A DNA stretch of 64,000 nucleotides, taken from contig NC_134032.1 in assembly GCF_964204645.1 (NCBI RefSeq), positions 13,008,275-13,072,274 on the forward strand, in the 5' to 3' direction. The DNA is from Tubulanus polymorphus. Taxonomy: Eukaryota > Animalia > Nemertea. How positions within the stretch are numbered: position 1 is the first letter of the stretch; each line of letters opens with the position of its first letter. Position numbers and translations under genes: made by a program. The notes beneath the pieces were generated by a model that worked only from the letters and a program-made list of their open reading frames with translations, made no database searches and was not told the origin of the DNA. This document shows, piece after piece, positions 54,824 through 64,000 of this stretch.

Positions 54824-57800
54824 TTATTTGAATATCTTGCTCGAGCACAGCATCAAAGAAAATTCTGAAAGAAAAAATGCATTATATGTAGGTATAATTA
54901 TTTAACTTCATCCACCATTCATTTTACAGTACACTGATCGGGTTCATAATTCTCCGCCTGCTCCGCAGGATTCGAACCCATGAACACTCGTTTGATGAGA
55001 CGAGTATCAAAAGACTATAGTCGGCAACTTCCTTATTTTCTAAATGCAAGGATCACCCGGGAGGATCACGGGCTCGATTCATGGTAGTCGTCGAGTTTTC
55101 TCTCTATTCTGGGGCCAGTTGCACAGTCGTGACTTAAGTCCAAAAGTGGTCTTAAATCTTAAGACTGGTCTTATTGTTGGATTGGCTATAGAACTTAGTT
55201 GATCTTAGACTGGTCTTAAGTGTAAGCCATGACTATGCAACCGGCCCAGGGGTTGAGGGAGAGAATTTCAAGAAAAAGAGACGTACAGTGGAATAAACAG
55301 GATCAATATCTTACCTTCGTAGTTAATTTTCCCATCTCTATCCAAGTCAGCTTCTTTCATCATCTCTTGCACGTCTGAGTCGGACAGCTTCTCTCCGAGA
55401 CCGCCGAGCACTGATTTCAACTCCTCCGCCGTGATGTAACCGTCTCCGTCTTTGTCGAATACGTTAAAAGCCTGTTGCATTTCTTTGATATCCTCGGGTT
55501 GCGCTCGTTCCCGTCTGAGCATCATGTCGATGAACTCTTTGAATTCAATCGAATTGTTTCCTAAATATTTCGGGAGAGAGAGGTACTTTTTGACGCGGCA
55601 AAATCGTTACAATAATGTTTTTTTCACATCTAACAACTACTATATATGCCTTATTGAAAGGGTACTGTGCGAGATGATGTGCATTGTATAAACCTTTCAG
55701 TTTTCTTATTAGAAATACCGGTATAAACTCAATCTACAGCTCATAAGGGAAATTCACTGACCATCTTTATCGAAAGCGGACATAAACTTCTGTAGCTCCT
55801 CGTCGGTTGGATCGTGGCCTAACGTCTTCATCAGCGATTTCAGTTCTTCGATGCTGATCTTGCCATCGCCATCTTTGTCAAACCTGTTGAACGCTTCTCT
55901 CAACTCTAAAAAAACAACGTTTATATCAGCTTTATGTATTTAATTCAAAGTTTGGTTAGTAATTACTTCTTTTTGACGTGCCCTTTCGAATTCCAACAAA
56001 GATTCATGATCCGATGCCCTTAAATCAGGACAAACTTCCCGGCAAGGTGATACTATATTAAAGCTTTTATGCAAATTTAGCATGATTATCGGCATAACTA
56101 CATATTACGTCAAAACGTGAAACATGAACGGCAAATGTTTTGGTCCGGCCAAGGCCAACCCTGCTACCGGCCATGGGGATAATATATTTCATAGGGGCGA
56201 GCCCAGGCCCAACTGTAGAGGGTAGCATACGATTCACGACAAACAGGGGGTATGGGTACCTTGTTTTTGAAAATTTTGAAATCTATTGCTTTTTGGCATA
56301 ATTCCCAAGCATTTCCGAGGCACAACATTTTCACGACAGTGTGCCTTAGGTGCTATACCGTTTGAATCCGAGCCGCTGTAAATTCGGAATTAACTACCGG
56401 AGCTTTAAGCTGAAATTCGACATACGACCCAGCGGGTAACTTGGTGATTAGTGAATATCAATTAAAGGTATATTTGTATATCGCATCACGAACAGCGATG
56501 GACGTAAATATAACGTGCACACCGAGCGCGCGCTCGTAGAAAATGACACACCCTGTATAATGTAACTACATAGATCCGCTATAACAAAAACCCGCTAGTG
56601 ATTCTACAATCATTAATTTCTACACGCATCGCGGTATAAGACTCTAATCAATTATTGGAGCCTGCGATTTTTTTGGTGATGATTCGACTTCTAACAAGCC
56701 ATCGGCGACAACCAGGTTCTGGGGCTTGGGCTTGTCGTCATGACGTATGCATGAGCCAACTCCGGAATTTCCGTGTGTTAGTTCCCATTGCATTTTGGGT
56801 ATGTTGTATCTAGGCCTACTAGGTAAATTTTGTCAAGACAACTCTTTGAATTTCGACGCCTTTCTTCAGTTATGAGGTCATCTTCAAGGTCATGTCACTT
56901 AACTGTTTGAATTTCGACTCCTCTTCAAGGTCATGTCGCTGAAAAACTTAGATTTTAGTGCCTAGTTCTGCCGTTAGGTGGTGCACTGGACCCATTCTTT
57001 GCACCGCACAACAAGACCCCATACTAACTTTTTACGGTACCCAAGTAACATCTACGAGCTATCATCCCAACGTTACGTCAAGCTCGATCACAGACCGACA
57101 CAGGAGAAGAAGGAAGCCCGAAAACCAATAACGGAAAATGTAGAATAGCCGCGCAACGGCGTCGAATAGTTTAGATTTAATATCATTTGATATCGAATTT
57201 TACTTTCAGATTTGTAAGTTTCAGGGGCTGGTTTTATAGACTAGTATGATCTTTGACCCGGGGTGAACTTTATACACATTAATGGAAAATCTACGAAAAT
57301 AATGCGTAATTTGATTATGTTTGAGTTAGCGAATGGTATCAATCCGCGGCCTGGACCACACCCCTCACACATTCGATAATGCATCACTATTCTTTCAATT
57401 TTTAATCGCCCGGGCTTCGCACGTTTTCATGGCTTCACCTGATGCATTTTCATTTGGACATTTTATTTACATTTGATCGTCGCCCCGATGTTCAGCACTT
57501 CGCCTAATACACTCGAATTGATCGTGAGTTTAAGATTTGAAAATAGACTAAAAACACCAGACATAAGCATAAGCGTTGTCTATTTGATACTCTTCAGGAC
57601 GTCATCAAAGAAATTTTTATGTACAATTGAACTGAAATTAAAAATGAACAACAAACGACAGACACTTGGCACGTGTCCCAAAACTCTATGAGAGAGCTGT
57701 CGATACGCGGATTGTCTATTTTTATGTAGAGCCAATCAAACGATGCGAACCGATCGAAACCCCGATGTATTATACAACATACTGTAAGAAATGAAAATTA

Positions 57801-60678
57801 TGCGGTTTCGTTGACTGTACGTCGTATGAATACATTATTTTTTCTACGATTTTCGTTAAAAAAGAATCGATAATTAAAAACTTACTCTTCATGTTGTTCT
57901 CGTCGTAGTGATTTTCCTGCAAAGAGAGAAACAGCAGATCATCACATATGAATCAGTCGGATTCGATATAGATCGATTGCGGCGGTTACGTCGTTGATCG
58001 GATTAGCGACAACAGCCAATCACAGCGAAGCTCTATGGATATCGATGATTGATTGGTGCATTCCAATGCATACGCAATCGCTTACGTCGCATTGAGACAT
58101 TTCAAGCGGCCTAAAATATCCGCCTAGAAATTCGAGTCATACCGGGTACAAATCTTAGGCAGGTTTCGACTTCAACGTATTCCGCTTTAGGAATATACCG
58201 TGACAGGATTACATTAAACTGTCTCAAACCGGTCGCTTCTATCAGGTTTACAGACGGTGCTATACTGCTCGAAACTAACGCGCCAGAAGAGAGTATTCCA
58301 GAATCGGGTGGGGAAACCTGCCTTTAGAAGCGTTGTGTAGAATATCCATTATCTAACTCGAATTACCACGTAAAAATCACCGTAGCCCATATTGTGACTC
58401 GAGGATTCTACCGCAAAAAATCATTCATCATACCTTCATTTGTTGCCTTAATGCGCACGCCAAATTCCCCATAATAAACCGCAGTCAGCATAAGAACTGA
58501 CGATGAATGTACTGCGAATGAATATACAGAAAGCTGATATACATATGATTTAGACTTTAAAGGCAAGAGAATATTAATTTTTCAGCATCAAACGCTGATG
58601 TATGATACTGTAGTCTATACCAGCCTCAGGTCTTTACACGTGTATACAACATGAATAAAAAACGATCACTGCATATTCTATAGATGGATTAGAAAGAGAA
58701 GATGCTTGAGGTGACGATGCGAACGTATGATGATTCTGGAACAATGGGTATATACCGGTTCACCGCCAGATGGCGAGAAATAACGTGTCCAAAACGCTTT
58801 AAACTGGCTAAATCTATCAAGTTAGGTCTAGATGTACATAGATCCCTCTGGTAGTATGTAAATAGTATGTTGTAAATAACGTTTGTTACGTTTTAAAATA
58901 CTTTTATTTCATGTTTTTGTAAATAATTGTAAATATAGTTTTTTTCCTTCATATACCATAGAAATGGTTGGAATGTAATAGATATTCGTATCCGTATTCG
59001 TAAAATGTAAATGCGTAACGTTTTTGGGGATGAATTAAATTTTCTTTTTGATATTGTACCCTACACTTACTGAACTTCGCGAAACCATTCCTAATTTAGA
59101 CACATTTTGAAAGTTTGACATATTAAAGAATTCCAAATTTCCAATTAGCACAATTCATTAAAGATGGTTTGGAAATGTATATATTCCTCCTGTAGTGTAA
59201 TGTTAATGTTATGTTTTGAGTAATAATAGTATTTCGTTATATAAAGCTTTGATTTTCTTTACTTCGAAATGAATATGAAAAATGAATATATCATATTCAT
59301 TGAATATGAAGCGCTGCAACTCGCAAACTAAACCAGCGAACCTAGCGGATCCTCAATTGCCACAGTACACCCAGAAAGTGATCGTCCCGCAGCGAATTAA
59401 AATCAACTAAATATAAGATCATCGCGTATAAACGATGTGAATATGGTGCCTATATCCTTTCATCTAGTTTTAACATTGATCATTAAAGAATTATCACGAA
59501 TCTATTCGGCAAAACCCATTTGACTAAATTACGAGTTTTTTCTTTCAAGTATATGGGAAATTTGTATGTATTTTGATATGAAATTCGATCGGCGATAAGT
59601 CAGCTAAGTTCAACCAACGCTCGACGGGAAACTGCCTACGTGGTTTGTAATAAACTCAGCATGGATAATTCAATAAACTTGAATCAAAGAGGCTCCCGAT
59701 TATCGTCTGAAACACTGGAGGGATTTCGCGCATCGTGCTTGTTCAAATAAGACCAATTCTCATCCCTCAGCAGAAGATCGATAACTGCACGTTTTCAAAA
59801 TAGTCAGAATAGTCAGAATAAGTTACTTTACACGTGCGTGGTGGTGTAACCCCTTAAAGATGTTCACTATATTCAACTCCCAGAGCATCGGCGTTTATTT
59901 TGCTATCTGCAAATTGTAATTCATTTCCATAGTGATCGTGTGCAAATAATAGATATTGTTTAGACAAAATAACGATTGAATCACTTTGAATGCATAATAT
60001 ATGAACACGCCGCCGCGCACCCGTTCCGTTTTTTATTCCGGCGTTCATGACATTTCGAAAAACAGAGATAGTCGTCGTTCTAATTCCTCGATACATGATA
60101 CGCTGTAACTAATGAAACGTGGAAAGTGTCGGTATATTAAAAGTACCACCGGGTGCAGACCGTATTAGCTGTACTACGAAATCCGAAAATAAGCAAGCTT
60201 TAAACTCCACAAATCAGCAAAGCTATATAAAAAAAAAGAATGCACCGATATATATGAAAAAAATAGATTTTGCAGACTTTCCGGGGGCAACGTCCCTTTA
60301 CCTTTCGATTTTCGAATATAGATCTCAAAGACTTTCTAGAGGCCCATCTCTTTACTTTTTAACATCGAGTCGATAAGGTACTCGCCCAATCAAGCCTATA
60401 TACGGTACTCGCCTAATCGAGAGTACCCGGTATATACGTAACGCTACATGCTCTTTATACGTGGTTTTATACTTATGCACAGGACATACACCTTGATAAT
60501 GAATAGCCACAAGACGTTAACAGATACAGACGTAAGCAGATTAGGATATTCGTAATATCAAAAATAAAAAAAAGCATTTCCAAAATAAGTCTTAATGTCT
60601 CAGAGAGACATGGCAGTTTTAAACCACATGCATATGCTTCGATATTACCTTTCTGTTCGCGCTCGCAAAATTACCCAT
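54824..60678 (-). CDS. Calmodulin-like 4-EF-hand protein with N-myristoylation signal (163 aa with the distal first exon, 166 aa with the proximal one)
   Basis: Exons (minus): 60678-60649 ([10 protein letters not shown]) or 58472-58434 ([13 protein letters not shown]), then 57916-57886 (31 nt), 55905-55762 (144 nt), 55560-55315, 54864-54824. The 31- and 144-nt exons match canonical calmodulin exon sizes. EF loops: [48 protein letters not shown]. Confidence 0.85.
55111..55248. mobile_element. PIF/Harbinger-like MITE family A (GGGCCAGTTGCACAG...TGCAACCGGCCC)
   Basis: Short TIRs with a CTTAAGACTGGTCTTA core. Other copies at ~28246-28385, 29698-29829, 40635-40718 (partial) and 61620-61750. Flanks are mostly CWG. 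Confidence 0.7.
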
Positions 60679-61761
60679 TATTCTACTAATAGACTGTAGA
60701 TTTTACGTATAAATCCTTGTTACGAATAGTGATAATAACTGATATCCAACACCTAGAATCAACGCGACAAGATCAGACTCGATGATCAGTTGCTGCGGTG
60801 TACGTTATATAGTGGTTATCGCGAATTTCGCACTAGCAGATCAACCAGGAGTTCCCGTCCTAAACCGCGTATATATATTTATGCCGTGATGGCCTCGTTG
60901 ACGCGTCCTCAAGGGTCGCGTTGTAATTCGTGAATCTGATTTTTCATCAGCTTCATATATTCTGCACTATTTGCAGAGTCTCTAGTTACGTATATAAGAA
61001 CATTTTTCCTACACCGTTTTGAGGATGACTGCCCGCTAACAGCCAAAACGGTGGTTTTGGTTTAATGAGATTTCGTTTAATGAGATATTGTTTCTGAAAA
61101 GGTTCTCGAAGAAAAATACCGGGGTACTTGTATGCATTCAACGTATTTTTGGCTTATGAAATTATTCGATTTTCCAGGTTATACATTTAGTTATTTCATT
61201 GAAGGGGTCCACAATATTTTGAAACGCCGATACCGTCACTCTCTATACGGCCAAAATCTCAGATCCCTGGATGCAGAATTAACTCATCGATAATTGGATA
61301 ATTTCAACCCTAAACTGTGTGTAATTTGACCCTGATTCTGGTGCCGGTGGTGTGTCGAGACATGACTGTATTTTTAAACTATGGTGACCACACCCGTGTT
61401 TGTGATAGTGGCAGCTGAATTGATAATCTAGAGCACAATATGTAAATTAAGCCGACGTTTCTTGCGTTATTCAGTCTGCAGCCACTGACTGTAATCGAGG
61501 CATTTTGGCTAATTTTGGAGACCTTATACTTATTGTCACAACGCACGCCACGCTATTAAACAATGAACACAGAAAACACGAAATCAAACATGTTTGATGT
61601 CGGAAACATTGTTTTCTGTGTGGTTGCATATAGTCACGGCTTAGACTTGTGACTAGTCTAAGACCAAATTTGTTTTATAGCCAATCTAACAACTTAAGAG
61701 CAGTCGTTACATTTAAGACCTTGGATTCAAGCTAACCGCGCAACTGCCCATCCTGCCAACA

Positions 61762-61870
61762 GGGTCCAGTTCCACAGTTCCGAGTTAGGATTTAACTCCG
61801 AGTTAAATCATCGATGATGAACTAATTTTAACTCACAGTTAACTCTAACCCACAACTGTGGAACTGGGTC
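61762..61870. mobile_element. MITE family B copy
   Basis: ggtccagttccacagtt ... aactgtggaactgggtc. Confidence 0.7.
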
Positions 61871-62416
61871 CTGGTTTCTGTTTCCTATTGCGTCGTGTGC
61901 GTTGCATGGGCTATACTAGTAGCGAAGACAGATTCTGCGCGTTGCCGTCCATGGGGGATTTCAATCATGCGAAATGGGGAATGGGCGAAACGGGGAGAGA
62001 CGAAATTTGTAAGTGCGAAATTTGTATCGAGGGTGCTGAATGGAGCTAAAGAGCAAGGAAGCTAATTCTACAAGGAAGCGGGCGAGAGAGAATGAGGATT
62101 TGTATAAATAAAATGTCGAAAGGCGAAAGAAGTAATGATTAATAAGAAATATACATATTCGTATAAGTAGAATAAATCTTATTCTATATAAACCTTTGTT
62201 AATGTTTAAAATGTGCAAACATCTTCTGTTGCTATTCGTCTGTTTTTGTGTGCATGATGTGTTTCAGTCTCACGTGTAGCCCTATTATCCTGTTACATTT
62301 TTCTTCGTTAACTTATGTTTGCAATCGTCCAATGATTGAACATTTTAAAGCAAATAAATTTCAATTGTAATATTGGCAGAAAATATGGAGAAAAATTGAA
62401 AGGGCAGGGTGGAATT

Positions 62417-62514
62417 CATCCTCCCTGGGCGGGGATTCGAACCTGATGACACCGCTGGACTCGGCCAGGGCAGTCTCGATGTGTCCAGGTTCGAATCCCT
62501 GCCGAGGGAAGATG
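62417..62514. mobile_element. Same tRNA-TIR MITE, copy 3 (internally deleted, TIRs only)
   Basis: Same TIRs back-to-back. Flanks ggtggaatt / ggtggcatt. Confidence 0.7.
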
Positions 62515-64000
62515 GGTGGCATTATAAACCGTTTAAACACTTAGATTACCTGATGTCTCCACAGAGTAAAGTTAGATTTTCGAACTTGTGATGCCATGGT
62601 AACGAAAGCGAGTGAAGACCTTTGATCGAGCTTTTATCCTTTAGCTGCTAACGGGTAGAACACAATATAGAGACAAATTAATTAATTGACTCTGAAGAAA
62701 AAATGATTGATCCTATACAGTCCTCCGTTTTCATCAGTTATACCGCAGGTCTTATAGAAAATGGTTTAAAAATCTTTTTGGCGGGAAAATCGTTTCCCGA
62801 CAGACTTTCTTTTAAAAAGAAACGTCACTAGGGTTTCAGTGCCTTAATCTTAAGTACAGCTCTAGGTCACGCCCGTATCTGTATCACGTATTATCAAATG
62901 TATCGATTACGTTCGTTACATTTAATTAATGTATGTATCTATCGCTTGATAGTTTACAGAAAATAAATATTACCAATTCATAAAGATACGTAAGATATTC
63001 ATAAGAAATTGTTAAAATCAGTTTAAAAAAAATATATATACCAACTTTATTGAGCAGATGATATTTCCTAACGAACACGCGGTCTCTAACTGCGGCGCGG
63101 GAAATCTATACGAATTCGTGATCGTTGCATGATTATAATACACTACACGTAATGATAAGTATATAGGTTTTTGGTGAACACGCCCGATTCCGAATATCTC
63201 CAATAACAATGACAGAATACTCAGAGGCACCATAATAAAGCGTGAAATATGTAACATTGTATGTTCTATCTAACGCAGGTATTATTACCTCGAAGCTCTC
63301 GACATCAAAGATGTTTTTAGCTTTTTTTGCGTATTTTACGAAAACAATAGTCGTCGTCAAAGGTGATATACATGTTTATTCATCGAGTATGCGCCACAGG
63401 CCTAGCTACAGACGTCAAACGTTTTACAGGCAGTGCAATGGCAGTCAACCGTGACTTAACTTTAGATAGCATCGTACTGTGAGGTCCTTGCATTCGTGAC
63501 GTCATTTTGTGCCTGCAAACCGCTGGAGACTTTGAATAGACGTAGCAGCCGGCCTCCGCTCAAGTCCGGATCTCTTTGGACCGTAAAATGTGTCCGTTTT
63601 GTTTAGTTTGTAACTGTTCTATGTTGCAATACCCCTAGTTTGCTCCACCTTAATTTGTCTGTTCTTGACATTTGTTAAACAGCATTGTGAATTTCGTGAA
63701 CTCTGTATTCCTGAAGATTACTATTAGGTTAGTCCTCGTAACGGCTAATCAAAAAATTATGAACTTTAAGGAAACTTGTGGGCTTCATTTTCTTGTTAGA
63801 TCGGTGTGGGATTCTCCATATATCGTCACAACACGGACATAGTGACGTTTCACCAATGGTTCGATCTCAAGTTCCCCCCCCCCTTGAAATTAGAATCAGT
63901 TAGCCGGCAGGATCTAGTTCCACAGTTAAGAAGATTCGACTCGAGGATCAACTCTTTGAAAGTGAACTGCCTACTGGATCCTGGATATCACTGAATTTCC

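Overview
Eukaryotic genomic DNA from an intron-rich invertebrate animal (probably a lophotrochozoan; the species cannot be determined from sequence alone), with no prokaryotic features. The genes, in order, are: (1) an uncharacterised single-pass membrane protein with two homologous, phase-matched N-terminal/TM exons (long Arg/Asp-rich form 1879-4303, short form 6690-7023) that appear to share 3' exons (13313-13345, 18015-18181); (2) two tandem intronless GT11 alpha-1,2-fucosyltransferases; (3) TCP1/CCT1 (12 exons, - strand), which contains a U12-type AT-AC intron; (4) NMD3 (12 coding exons, one GC-AG intron), head-to-head with TCP1; (5) an intronless STYXL1 pseudophosphatase; (6) alpha-tubulin; (7) a 4-EF-hand calmodulin-like gene with two duplicated alternative first exons, each encoding an N-myristoylation signal (MGNFAS.. 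and MGNLAC..). Introns and intergenic DNA hold many MITEs, a tRNA-derived SINE, a Helentron-like element with a satellite array, Penelope-type hammerhead relics, and a MITE family with ~9-bp TSDs whose TIRs are tRNA-like. All exon boundaries were read by hand and checked for frame. No database searches were run.
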